A stretch of DNA of 64,000 nucleotides from an uncultured delta proteobacterium (GTDB taxonomy: Bacteria > Desulfobacterota > Binatia > UBA9968). Positions within the stretch are counted from its first letter, which is position 1; the number at the start of each line of letters is the position of its first letter. A program made the position numbers and the translations under genes. The notes beneath the pieces were generated by a model that searched no databases, was not told the DNA's origin, and saw nothing but the letters and a program-made list of their open reading frames with translations. The stretch covers positions 512,001 to 576,000 of the forward strand of contig CAVYTU010000017.1 in NCBI GenBank assembly GCA_963771465.1, read 5' to 3'. This document shows positions 10,398 through 19,574 of this stretch, piece after piece.

Positions 10398-11468
10398 TCA
10401 GAGCACCCGGAGCGAGCGGGTCTTGATGATGAGATAAACCGGCGTGTTTTCCATCAAGCTTAGCCGCATGACCGCTGACGCGGTGAGACGGACCAAAAAT
10501 TCCTCACCGGCGAGAACCGTTAGCATCGCTTCGCCATCGAGCGATTCGATTCTGTGAACGGCCCCCGATAAAACATTACCGGCTGAAATGCCCATGGGTC
10601 GTTCGGTGGCGACGAGAATATCGTCGGCGCTGACGCGAATCTGGAAACTCGCGTCGGCTTGACGTTGGACGTAGGGGATTAGCAATTCGCCGCCCGACGC
10701 CAGACGGACTCGGGTAGTTCCGGCCTCTCGGTTTGACTCGGCGAAGCTTACCGTAAAGACGTTTTCGAACTCTTCGTTAGGAAGCTGGAGAATCGTATTG
10801 GCCGACCGGAATGTTTCTTTAGGAACACCTTGAGCGACGAGTTTGCCGTGCTGTATCATCAGGACCCAATCCGCCAGCGTTAAGACTTCAGTAAGATTGT
10901 GTGTGACATAGATCATCGGAATTTTGAATTCGTCACGGACGCGGCCTAGATACGGCAGAATTCTTTCCTTTAGACCGATGTCGAGGGCGGCGAGAGGTTC
11001 GTCGAGCAATAAGAGACCTGGCTGAGAAAGAATCGCCCGGGCGAGGGCGACTCGCTGCGCTTCGCCACCCGAGAGTTTGGTGACCGGGCGATTCAAGAGA
11101 TCGCCGATCTCCAAAATATCTACGACGTGGTCGACGGTAAGGCCTTTGTTGCCGGCATGGCCATCACGTGTCGCTCCGAAGAGAATGTTTTTCCGAACCG
11201 ACAAGTGTGGAAATAACGCTCCTTCCTGGGGAACGTAACCGATGCCTCGCTGCTGCGGCCGCAGGTTAATTCTTCGCGCCGAGGAAAAGAGCGTTTTGCC
11301 GTCGATCTCGATCTCGCCCGCTGCGATCTTGCGCAAACCAGCGATGGCGTCGAGCAGTGTCGTCTTGCCGGAACCCGACGGACCGAAGATCGCGGTTACG
11401 CGGGTGTCGAACGTGACGTCGATATTCAGTTCAAAATTAGCAAGCGGAATTCGGCAGCGTAGTAGCAT
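10398..11468 (-). CDS. modC: Molybdate ABC transporter ATP-binding protein
   Basis: Walker A GPSGSGKT, LSGGE, LLLLDEP, C-terminal TOBE/Mop-like domain; ATG at 11468 directly after the modB stop. Confidence 0.93.
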   Translation of the reverse strand: MLLRCRIPLANFELNIDVTFDTRVTAIFGPSGSGKTTLLDAIAGLRKIAAGEIEIDGKTLFSSARRINLRPQQRGIGYVPQEGALFPHLSVRKNILFGATRDGHAGNKGLTVDHVVDILEIGDLLNRPVTKLSGGEAQRVALARAILSQPGLLLLDEPLAALDIGLKERILPYLGRVRDEFKIPMIYVTHNLTEVLTLADWVLMIQHGKLVAQGVPKETFRSANTILQLPNEEFENVFTVSFAESNREAGTTRVRLASGGELLIPYVQRQADASFQIRVSADDILVATERPMGISAGNVLSGAVHRIESLDGEAMLTVLAGEEFLVRLTASAVMRLSLMENTPVYLIIKTRSLRVL

Positions 11469-11469
11469 C

Positions 11470-12144
11470 TTACGCTTTCTTTCCCGTACGCAGCAGCCAC
11501 TCCGAGCACCAGACGAACAGGAAGGCCAGGGCGACGGTAATTCCGAGCAGTGTGTAGGCTTCAGGATCTTTGCCCAGTTGCACGAAGTTATAGATCGCCA
11601 ATGACAACGTCTGCGTTTCCCCAGGAATATTTCCGGCAAGCAGAATAGTGGCGCCGAATTCGCCGAGCGCCCGCGAAAATGCGAGGAGAGCGCCGGCGAC
11701 AATTCCTTTGTAGGCAAGCGGTATGGTGATGACGAAGAAGATTCTTAAACCAGAAGCTCCGAGCGTAGCGGCGATCTGTTCAAGCCGTGGATTGACTTCG
11801 GAAAACGAAGTTCGCACCGATCTTACCAGCAACGGAAAGGACATCACTGCCATGGCGATGAGCACACCTTTCCAGTTGAAAACGATCTCTATGCCGCGCT
11901 CGTACAACCATGTGCCGAGCGAACTGCGCCGGCCGAAGATCTTCAGCAGAATCAAACCCGTGGACACCGGCGGCATGACCAGCGGCAGCAGAACGATTGT
12001 CTCTAAAACGCTCTTGAGCGGCCATTCCTTGCGCGCGAAAAGCCAGGCCAGCCCGATGCCGAACGGAAGAATCAACAGCGTGCTGGCGAAGCCAACGGAG
12101 AGGGAGAAAAGGGTGATTTGCCAGGTTTCAAAGGAGAAGATCAC
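11470..12144 (-). CDS. modB: Molybdate ABC transporter permease
   Basis: LPLVMPP and FSRALGEFGATILLAGNIPG motifs. Confidence 0.95.
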   Translation of the reverse strand: MIFSFETWQITLFSLSVGFASTLLILPFGIGLAWLFARKEWPLKSVLETIVLLPLVMPPVSTGLILLKIFGRRSSLGTWLYERGIEIVFNWKGVLIAMAVMSFPLLVRSVRTSFSEVNPRLEQIAATLGASGLRIFFVITIPLAYKGIVAGALLAFSRALGEFGATILLAGNIPGETQTLSLAIYNFVQLGKDPEAYTLLGITVALAFLFVWCSEWLLRTGKKA

Positions 12145-12166
12145 GAATGGAAGAATGTCCTCGGAT

Positions 12167-12946
12167 CTAGTCTAATACGACAAAGCCATATTTTTTGAAA
12201 GCGTCCTTTGCGGCCGGGCTCTGGACGTAGCTCATGAAATCACGGGCGGCGTCTTTGCGTTTGGACTCTTTAACGATCGCTACCGGATAGGTGATCTTGG
12301 GTCCTTTGTCGATGGGCACTTCGTAGACGATCTTCACTTTCTTGGAAATCGCAGCGTCGGTTTTGTAGACGAAGCCGGCTTCGACGTTACCGGACTCCAC
12401 CGAAGCCAGAGTGGCGCGGACGTCTTGTACCGGAACCACCTTCGGTTTGACCTGATCCCACAAGCCCTCGTCGGTTAAATACTTGCTGCTATAGACACCA
12501 ACTGGCACGGACGACGGCTCGGCGAGAGCGATTCTTTTGATATCGGCCTTTAATAGATCCTTCGGCGAAGAAATGGCGAGTCTGGAATCCGCCGGCACGA
12601 TGATCACCAACTGGTTCGAGAGCAAATTTTTTCGCGTGCCCGGTTCCAGCCGGCCATTTTTATTGAGAGTGTCCATCTGTGGTAAGTCGGCAGAAAAAAA
12701 AATATCCGCCGGCGCGCCTTCTTCAATTTGCCGTGCCAGGCCATTGGACGGACCGAAATTGAATTTTACCGTATGCTTGGATCTTGCCTGATAGCCGCTG
12801 CTGATTTCCTTTAGAACATCGGTGAGGCTTGCCGCGGCCGATACTAGGATTTCATCAGCTAGCGCTGCTGTCTGCATGAACGACGATAAGAATATGCCTG
12901 CAAACAACCCTGCTCGAGTTTTCCTTAGCCGATTTCCAGTGGTCAT
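12167..12946 (-). CDS. modA: Molybdate ABC transporter substrate-binding protein
   Basis: VSAAASL, LARQIEEGAPADIFFSA, VPVGVY and GFVYKTDA motifs; start could be TTG 12979. Confidence 0.95.
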   Translation of the reverse strand: MTTGNRLRKTRAGLFAGIFLSSFMQTAALADEILVSAAASLTDVLKEISSGYQARSKHTVKFNFGPSNGLARQIEEGAPADIFFSADLPQMDTLNKNGRLEPGTRKNLLSNQLVIIVPADSRLAISSPKDLLKADIKRIALAEPSSVPVGVYSSKYLTDEGLWDQVKPKVVPVQDVRATLASVESGNVEAGFVYKTDAAISKKVKIVYEVPIDKGPKITYPVAIVKESKRKDAARDFMSYVQSPAAKDAFKKYGFVVLD

Positions 12947-13008
12947 CCTAATCAGTTCTCCGCGCTTTCCATAGGTCAATCCAAATCACTATTCGAGCAG
13001 AAGCGGTC

Positions 13009-14172
13009 TCATCCCCGCAGTTCCACGACCTTGCCGAGCTCCCTTATGTCGTAGCCGCCTAAGGCATCAAGCTCGTTCCTGAATGGCTTGCCGACGATGG
13101 TATCGAGCAGCGTCCGTAGACCTTGCAGCGATTCGTAGTAAATCTTGGGAATAACCAGGTCGTAACGCTCGCGCTGCAAAGGGATGAAATCGAGGCCGAA
13201 GATTGACGCGGCCGCGCGCACTCCGATGCCGGCATCAGCCAATCCCGTTTTCACGCGTGAGGCCACTTCCAAGTGAGATAAAACTTCATCAGCGTATGCC
13301 TTGATGCGAGCCGGTGGAATGCCGGCCATAACCAGTTGCCGATCGAGCAAGCGGCGCGCGCCGGAGCCTTTTTCCCGATTGACTATTGTAATCCTCGGGC
13401 GCGCTAAGTCGGTGACGCCGCGAATCGTTTTCGGATTGCCTTGTTTGACGATGAGTCCTTCCTCCCAGTGAGCGAATGTGATGACGATACAGTCCAATCC
13501 ACCGAGACTACGTTTCAAATCGGGAAGGTTCCACGCACCCGAGCGGTCATCGGCCAAATGGACGCCGGCGACGTGAATCTCGCCGCGTTTCAAAGCGCCG
13601 AGGGCGATGCCGCTGCCCATGATACAAGGGACGAGAGTTTCTTTGTCCTGTTTTCGCAAATGTTCGGCGGCGAGAAACATCGCCGGATCACAACCGCCGA
13701 TGACGATCTTCCGTCGCAGTGTCTCCCGAGTTTTGAGCAGTTTCACGCTCACTTGTTTGCTTCTCGGTTGTGTGGCGCTGATTACGCCGTCCGCCGTTGC
13801 CGTAAGACTCGTCAGTGCGCCGAAACCGTCCAATGGCCGAACCAGTAAACGTTCGCCGACCTGGGTCACGCCGACGCGAACGTTGCCGAATCTTGGGGGC
13901 AGAGAACCGACAAGCTCTCCGCTGACGACCTCGTCAACGCTTTTGAGACTGAAGAGATCCTCGACTCGGCAGCGCAAAGCCTGAGCGAGTTGAAGCGCCA
14001 CCGAAGTGGCAGGGGAGTATTGATTGGCCTCGATGGCCGAAACCGCCTGTCGGGTCATGCCGGCCATGTCGGCGAGTTGCTTTTGTGAGAGACCCAACGC
14101 CTGCCGCTTTTCGCGCAGGGAACTTTCATATGCAGGTGCGTCAATCGCCGGGGTATGGTTTTGATTTGCCAT
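13009..14172 (-). CDS. XRE-family HTH regulator fused to a PBP (molybdate-binding-like) domain
   Basis: N-terminal HTH_3 (LSQKQLADMAGMTRQAVSAIE); C-terminal NREKGSGAR, DAGIG and ERYDLV PBP motifs; directly upstream of modA. Confidence 0.88.
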   Translation of the reverse strand: MANQNHTPAIDAPAYESSLREKRQALGLSQKQLADMAGMTRQAVSAIEANQYSPATSVALQLAQALRCRVEDLFSLKSVDEVVSGELVGSLPPRFGNVRVGVTQVGERLLVRPLDGFGALTSLTATADGVISATQPRSKQVSVKLLKTRETLRRKIVIGGCDPAMFLAAEHLRKQDKETLVPCIMGSGIALGALKRGEIHVAGVHLADDRSGAWNLPDLKRSLGGLDCIVITFAHWEEGLIVKQGNPKTIRGVTDLARPRITIVNREKGSGARRLLDRQLVMAGIPPARIKAYADEVLSHLEVASRVKTGLADAGIGVRAAASIFGLDFIPLQRERYDLVIPKIYYESLQGLRTLLDTIVGKPFRNELDALGGYDIRELGKVVELRG

Positions 14173-14313
14173 GATATCTAACCTAATGTTAGGTATCATT
14201 GCGACGATTTTGGGTCAAGTCTCTCAAATGCAGAATTCTTTCAGTTTAGGAAGTTGGCGGAGGAAGAAGGCGAGGCGCGTTGGAAATTGGCTGGCCAGGT
14301 GGGTTTGAACAAA

Positions 14314-14562
14314 CTAGGTTCGACCCAGCCAGCGCAAAATGCGCAGGGAGGGCTGTGGCGGCGGCTGAGCGGCACGCTTGCGCGCGAAACTGTCGGCGGC
14401 TAGTTGAAGGCCGACAGTGTCGATCGATTCCAACGCGTTACATTGCTCTGATGTCAGACCGGCCCGGTTTGCCTCAGCGCGCGGATCGGCGAGAAAGCGT
14501 GCTCGCGCCTGGTCGTCGACATAGAGCTTCGCCAAAAAAGCTTCGAACTGTTCTGTCTTCAT
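14314..14562 (-). CDS. Small helical protein coupled to the DUF692 gene (putative MNIO partner, NHLP-leader-like)
   Basis: FEAFLAKLYVDDQARARFLADP motif; ATGA overlap with the DUF692 stop. Confidence 0.75.
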   Translation of the reverse strand: MKTEQFEAFLAKLYVDDQARARFLADPRAEANRAGLTSEQCNALESIDTVGLQLAADSFARKRAAQPPPQPSLRILRWLGRT

Positions 14563-15426
14563 GCCGCTGCCAGCTTTAATTGTGCCTGTCGGCGCTCGCG
14601 GCCGCGCTGCAACGCTTGCCGAGCGCGCGCCAGTTGAGACAACAGAGCCGCCATCGGTGGGTAACGGCCGTCGCGTTCGAGAATGACAGCTAGCGCTTGG
14701 GATGTCTTCTCGCCTACGTAAGACAACAGTTCGTAAACTGGCTCTGGCACATCGTGCAGATGGTCGTCGAGCAGGCGGCGTTCATTCGATGATTTCGCCG
14801 TGATCCATCGGCCGCCGGCAAGATGTATTGTTGCAACCCGTTCAGGGGGAATCGAATCGATGAAAGTGTAAGGGTCGAAAGAAAAGTTGACGGCGTTGGC
14901 GTACAGATTGTGAAGGTCCAGAAGCAGCCGACCGTTCGCCGCGTCGAGAATATTTGCTGTCCAATTCGCCTCGCTCAACTTGCTGCCAGGTGGATCGATG
15001 AGCGTAGCGATGTTTTCGACCAATGGAGAGCTGCCGACGATTCTCTTCGCCGCCGCGAGATTGTGCGCCGCGCCTTCGACAGTCGCCTCGGTTCTTGGCG
15101 GCGCCGCCAAGTGGCCGATCTCAATACCGCCGCCGCGCACGAAAGCCAGATGTTCGGACCAGAACTCCGGCTGCACTTCTGCGATCAAGCGCGCCGTCTT
15201 TTCAAGCCGGCGTTTATCAACCTCGACGACTGAAGCCAGTCCGAGGCTTACACCGTGGAGCGCCACCGGGATTTGTCTCGCCAACGTGCGAAGCGCGCGC
15301 CGTTGTCGCTTTCGTCGAATCGAAGTAGTCGTCGGCGATCACCTCGACGATATCGATGCGATGGAGATTCGATAATATTCCCGCGGCCAGCTCCGGCCGC
15401 CAGCCGATGCCAAATCGATCGTTCAT
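14559..15426 (-). CDS. DUF692 family multinuclear non-heme iron oxidative enzyme (MNIO); one-base frameshift near 15310
   Basis: N-terminus GIGWRPEL...EVIADDY (ORF 15217..15426) joins HGVSLGL, WSEHLAF, LVENIA, LLLDLHNLYAN, IHLAGG, DDH and LERD (ORF 14559..15284); removing one A from ACGAAAGCG restores STKRQRRALRTLARQIP. Confidence 0.9.
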
Positions 15427-15429
15427 GCG

Positions 15430-16305
15430 CTAACTCCCGCCGCAACCGCCGCAACCACCGCCACCTCCGCCGCCGCAACTCGATGAGGAGCAGGACGATC
15501 CGCAACCGCTGGTGCTGCAGCTCGTTCCGGTCAGGCTTCGTTTCTTCTCGAAATGCTGAATGATCGGAAATCTGCTTGCCGGCAGGGCGCCAGCTCCGAA
15601 GACTGCCAGAAGAAGGGCTGCTTCGCCGGTTGCGCCACCGCTCTGAATCGTTGCCGAGCGCGCCTTTAACGAAGCAAAAAGAGTTCGCAGGTCGGCGAGC
15701 ATAGTATTCCCGAGGACGGTTCGGGTAGGGTTGTAATTCTTTATGGCAAAGAAACCGAAGACTGCGGCAAGTATGACTAGATACCAAATATTTTGCCGAC
15801 CTCGCATTGTCGCTACAATGATCTTGATAAAGGCGACACCGAAGAGAACGACTAGGGCCAGCAAGAGACGATTTGTGCGTGCGTCTTCGATCGCTTTGTC
15901 AGGCAGCAAACGGAGCTGCTGCAATTTGTCCAGATATTCTTTGCAACCGGCCTTTATCGATGCACCTTCCAATAGTCCTTCCACATTTTTTGAGATTTTA
16001 GCGCGAGTCAGAATCGCCTTTTCGATTGGACGGCGAACTGCAGTCGCATCACCGGTGACTTCCAGTCGATCGCCCAAGAGCCGTAGTAAACCGCGGTCGA
16101 CAAGTGAGATGATCGCGACGCGGGCGGCTTCTTGCTCACCGCCGCGAAGATAGGCGATTAAATATGGATCGGAGTAATCGAGTCTCGGTATGCTCCCAGA
16201 TTCAGAAATTCTTTGCGTGTAGTAAAGTGCAGTGAGGACTACGCAGCCGAGGAACATGTAGAACTGCAGAAACTGTGGTCCCGGAAGGTCAAACGGGTTC
16301 ATCAC
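15430..16305 (-). CDS. TIGR04222-type membrane protein with a Cys/Ser/Gly-rich C-terminal tail
   Basis: GPQFLQFY and DPYLIAYLRGG motifs, 3-4 hydrophobic helices, tail SCSTSGCGSSCSSSSCGGGGGGGCGGCGGS. Confidence 0.88.
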   Translation of the reverse strand: MMNPFDLPGPQFLQFYMFLGCVVLTALYYTQRISESGSIPRLDYSDPYLIAYLRGGEQEAARVAIISLVDRGLLRLLGDRLEVTGDATAVRRPIEKAILTRAKISKNVEGLLEGASIKAGCKEYLDKLQQLRLLPDKAIEDARTNRLLLALVVLFGVAFIKIIVATMRGRQNIWYLVILAAVFGFFAIKNYNPTRTVLGNTMLADLRTLFASLKARSATIQSGGATGEAALLLAVFGAGALPASRFPIIQHFEKKRSLTGTSCSTSGCGSSCSSSSCGGGGGGGCGGCGGS

Positions 16306-16315
16306 GGCACCTTTT

Positions 16316-17059
16316 TCAATTCCCGACGAGAGTTCTTATTCCAGCCGTAATCTCAATTAATTTCAAAAGTGTCGGGCCGGCAATGCCGGGCGGCAGCACA
16401 CGTTTTTCGCGGGCTTCGGAGATGCGCGGCAGCACTTCGATCCACGACGGATCGCCGACTAAATGAACCAATGCCTCCAGAGCATTTTTAGGCGACGTAT
16501 ACGGCTGCGCGGACAATTCGAAGAAAGTTGCCGCCGCAGAGCGCAGCGGTCCGGCGGCATCGGCGACCGCCAGCGCGAGCTGCTCTTCGCGGAGCCCGCG
16601 CATGACATAGGCTTCCCGTAAGCGAAGTACGAGATTCAACAGAGCTTGATCGAGACGGACGATGATAACTTTGCGCGGGATCCTCACGCCGACAAACGGA
16701 TCGGAACCGAACAGAATCCGGCGCCGGCGTAGAATGTCGGAAAATTTCTCTGCAAAGGCGTTGATCGCTGCCGGCAATTCCACCTCGACGATGAACATCG
16801 GACTCAAGCGGATCGCGGCTTGGGCGACCCGCAGTGGTTCACGCATGGCGTCCGCGCCGTGCTGGTCGAACTGGGTAAGTAGCAAGATAACGTTGACGTC
16901 CGAAGTGGCGCGCAGTCGTCCCTCGGCGGCGCTGCCGAAAAGAATGATTGATTTCAAGTTGCTGGTGAAAGAGGTTTGCGCCGCGTCGATGAATTCTTTC
17001 AATACGCGGGAAACCTGGGGGGAGAGATCGGACAACGGATTGGATTCGGTCGTGGCCAT
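16316..17059 (-). CDS. Nucleotidyltransferase-domain protein (Pol-beta fold) with a helical C-terminal domain
   Basis: SIILFGSAAEG...SDVNV (GS and DxN motifs). Confidence 0.8.
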   Translation of the reverse strand: MATTESNPLSDLSPQVSRVLKEFIDAAQTSFTSNLKSIILFGSAAEGRLRATSDVNVILLLTQFDQHGADAMREPLRVAQAAIRLSPMFIVEVELPAAINAFAEKFSDILRRRRILFGSDPFVGVRIPRKVIIVRLDQALLNLVLRLREAYVMRGLREEQLALAVADAAGPLRSAAATFFELSAQPYTSPKNALEALVHLVGDPSWIEVLPRISEAREKRVLPPGIAGPTLLKLIEITAGIRTLVGN

Positions 17060-17117
17060 GAGGAGCCTCGTTGGGTGTCACTTACGAAAAAAACTCATTA
17101 GAAACGAATTGAGAGTG

Positions 17118-17372
17118 TCATCCCCGCGTTGCGTTGACGCCGCCGGGTTTTTTGAATCGGCGCGAGTGACGGCTCCAGTCACAGCCGCAGGATTTGCAGT
17201 ACCACTCGCTCAGGCCTTCCCATTCTTCGCGGTCGGCGATCATCGCCAGGCCTTGCTCGATCGCCTTTTGTTGCGCTTTGCTTGGGATGCCGTGGATGAT
17301 TGGCACGACCGCAGCTGCGTTGCATTCCGGACAACGTCGATTCTCTCTCGCGCGTTTCAAGCGTTTTGCCAC
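17118..17372 (-). CDS. Small zinc-ribbon protein
   Basis: CPEC...VVPIIHG.P...WYCKSCGCDW; starts immediately after the TAXI-like gene stop. Confidence 0.65.
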   Translation of the reverse strand: MAKRLKRARENRRCPECNAAAVVPIIHGIPSKAQQKAIEQGLAMIADREEWEGLSEWYCKSCGCDWSRHSRRFKKPGGVNATRG

Positions 17373-18395
17373 TTATTTCAAATAGCCGCGTTCGCGGTAG
17401 AAGCGGCGCGCGCCTGGATGCATCGGTATGTTGAACGGCGCCTCACCGTCGTTGGCGCAGAGCTGTTTCATAGCGATCGGTTTGAAGTTGTCGCTGGGAA
17501 TGAGCTTGCGCCGTTTTTCGATCGCTTCGCAGATGGCGTAGGCGACGTCATTAGGCAAATCGGCGTGCACGGCCATCGGCCAGCCGCTGAAGTCGACGGT
17601 TGGAACGTCACTGGTCATGCCCTTGAAGCGCGCCTTGGGAACCACGGAAGTCTTGTAGCCCATAGTAGCGAGCCGGCGCAGAACTTGTCCTTCGATAGGT
17701 AAATAAATAAAGCCACTATCGACGGCGGTCTGGCCCCAACTCTTGATACCTTCATCGAACACCGCATTGACGCTGCCGCGTTGAATCGCGTCGCGCCGGT
17801 CAGGATGGCTTGGGCGCGGCACGGAGACGACGCTGCCGCCCCATTTTGTCAAATCCGACAGCGTGAAGCCGGCGGCTTTCATTACCGCGGTGACGGTGAA
17901 CATCGTCGGGCTCGACAGGATAGATTCTGCGGATGCTCCGTGAGTGGACAGCCGAAGCGGAAATTTCTCCTTGGCGATCTGTGCCATTGACAGGATGCCG
18001 GTGGACTTGTGCACGGCGAAGCCCATGACATCGTACGAGGGAAAGGTCGCGATCACGCGCAGCGGCAGCGTTTTCTTGAATGGCCCAGTGCCGCGGTACG
18101 CGAGTGTGGCGGCGACCGACGGATTGACCCATGCGAGCGTGTACTTGCCGTCAGCGACGCCTTTCAATTCGGCGAAACTATCGGCTGCAAACGAGAGTGG
18201 GAAGCTGTTGGAACCATCGCGGTTCGCCGAGATCAATTTGCACGCCAATTTGTCGCCGATGCGCGACTCGGTTTGCAATACTTTTTCAGCCGCACGAGTG
18301 GTTTGGAAGGACAGGGATGTCTCGTACATCGCCGCGGCGATCTCGAGCAGACCTTTGGCTCGCTGGATCTTCGCGTTGTAGCGTTTCTTGATCAT
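17373..18395 (-). CDS. TAXI-family TRAP solute receptor-like protein, no evident signal peptide
   Basis: PLRVIATFP and PMHPGARRFYRERG motifs; paralog of 23059..24051; ORF extends to TTG 18437. Confidence 0.75.
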   Translation of the reverse strand: MIKKRYNAKIQRAKGLLEIAAAMYETSLSFQTTRAAEKVLQTESRIGDKLACKLISANRDGSNSFPLSFAADSFAELKGVADGKYTLAWVNPSVAATLAYRGTGPFKKTLPLRVIATFPSYDVMGFAVHKSTGILSMAQIAKEKFPLRLSTHGASAESILSSPTMFTVTAVMKAAGFTLSDLTKWGGSVVSVPRPSHPDRRDAIQRGSVNAVFDEGIKSWGQTAVDSGFIYLPIEGQVLRRLATMGYKTSVVPKARFKGMTSDVPTVDFSGWPMAVHADLPNDVAYAICEAIEKRRKLIPSDNFKPIAMKQLCANDGEAPFNIPMHPGARRFYRERGYLK

Positions 18396-18448
18396 GAGTC
18401 CCGGATACTTTTGCAATGCCGTCAGGCGTCGAGCCAATTTCTTTTGAA

Positions 18449-18527
18449 TGTTATTTCAACGGAGTGAGAGATCTTTACTTGCCCGATACGGGATGGAAAT
18501 AGATCTCGCGCTCGGCTCGAAATGACA
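18449..18527. repeat. Palindromic REP/MITE-like element (GTYATTTC...AGATCT / AGATCT...GAAATGAC)
   Basis: Imperfect inverted repeat: tgttatttcaacggagtgagagatct ... agatctcgcgctcggctcgaaatgaca. Confidence 0.6.
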
Positions 18528-18566
18528 GTTAACGGCTTTGTTTGAATTACCCTTGCGTTTATACCG

Positions 18567-19574
18567 TCAAAGCGTTTTTCTAATTTCACGGGCGACTTCG
18601 ACGAGAAGCTTCGCTTTTGCATTCGCCAACTCGCGGCTGATCGTCATCAGGCCGCAGTCAGGTGCGAGCCAGAGATTCTGCGGCTCGATGTACTTGAGTG
18701 CGCTGCGCACCCGCTCGACGACTTTTGCCAGCGGTGGCACCGGCGTGTCGCTGGGGTCGACGCAGCCGAACATGACAATGCGTCCTTTGGCGATACTGAG
18801 CACGGCGGGATCGTAACCGCTGCGGGCGAACTCGACACCGAAGCCGCCGATCTTGGTTTTCATCAACTCTTCAAGCAGTTCGGGATATTCGTATTCATGC
18901 TGATGGCCGGCGCCGCCGGGGTAGCCGTAGCACAGATGCACGACGGTCGGCACGGTGATTCCTTCGAGGCAGCGGTCCAATGCTTTGGCGCCGTAGGCGA
19001 AAACTTTCTCATGATAACGGGTCATCGCTGGCTCATCGAGTTCGATCACGTCGCAACCGGCGGCTTGGAGATCGCGCAGCTCTTCGTTAAGCGCTGCCGC
19101 GACATCCATCGCCATGACGGCTTCGTCTTTGTAAAACTCGTCGACTGTGCTGTCGACCACGGTCATCGGTCCAGGGACATCCATCTTGATCGGCCTGTTC
19201 GTATGCGCTTTAGCAAAGCGTAAATCCTCGACGATGGCCGGCGTGCGGCGCTTTATTTTGCCGACGACGCGTGGCACCGCCCGCGGCTGCTCGCGCCTGC
19301 GATAGATGGTTTTCACCGCTTCGTGTTCGAGGTCGACGCCGTCGAAGCCGGCGAGTATATGATTGATAAAGCCCGTACGCCGCTGTTCGCCGTCGGAGAG
19401 CAGATCAAGACCAATTCGTTCTTGGTTGTGTATGCTCAGCGCGGTGGCGTCATCCTGGGCCTCTTTCAGCGTGTCGCCTTCGAGACGAAATATCACGCGG
19501 GCGCGGTCGGGTTGCGCCAGCCAATTGGGCCGGGGAAAACTGCCGATGGTGGTGGCGGCGATGGGTGGAAGCAT
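18567..19574 (-). CDS. Cobalamin-independent methionine synthase II family protein (single-barrel MetE-like)
   Basis: TTIGSFPRP, DGEQRR, LDEP, Zn-ligand motifs HLCYG and APDCG; ATG 19574. Confidence 0.9.
   Translation of the reverse strand: MLPPIAATTIGSFPRPNWLAQPDRARVIFRLEGDTLKEAQDDATALSIHNQERIGLDLLSDGEQRRTGFINHILAGFDGVDLEHEAVKTIYRRREQPRAVPRVVGKIKRRTPAIVEDLRFAKAHTNRPIKMDVPGPMTVVDSTVDEFYKDEAVMAMDVAAALNEELRDLQAAGCDVIELDEPAMTRYHEKVFAYGAKALDRCLEGITVPTVVHLCYGYPGGAGHQHEYEYPELLEELMKTKIGGFGVEFARSGYDPAVLSIAKGRIVMFGCVDPSDTPVPPLAKVVERVRSALKYIEPQNLWLAPDCGLMTISRELANAKAKLLVEVAREIRKTL

Noticed and set aside
14200-14313. Moco riboswitch upstream of the mod operon
   Set aside because: The region is short and I see no matching multi-stem structure; an Rfam scan would settle it
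16316-17372. MNT-HEPN toxin-antitoxin or CBASS-like defence pair
   Set aside because: No HEPN RxxxxH partner or effector gene; the NTase is packed against the MNIO operon instead
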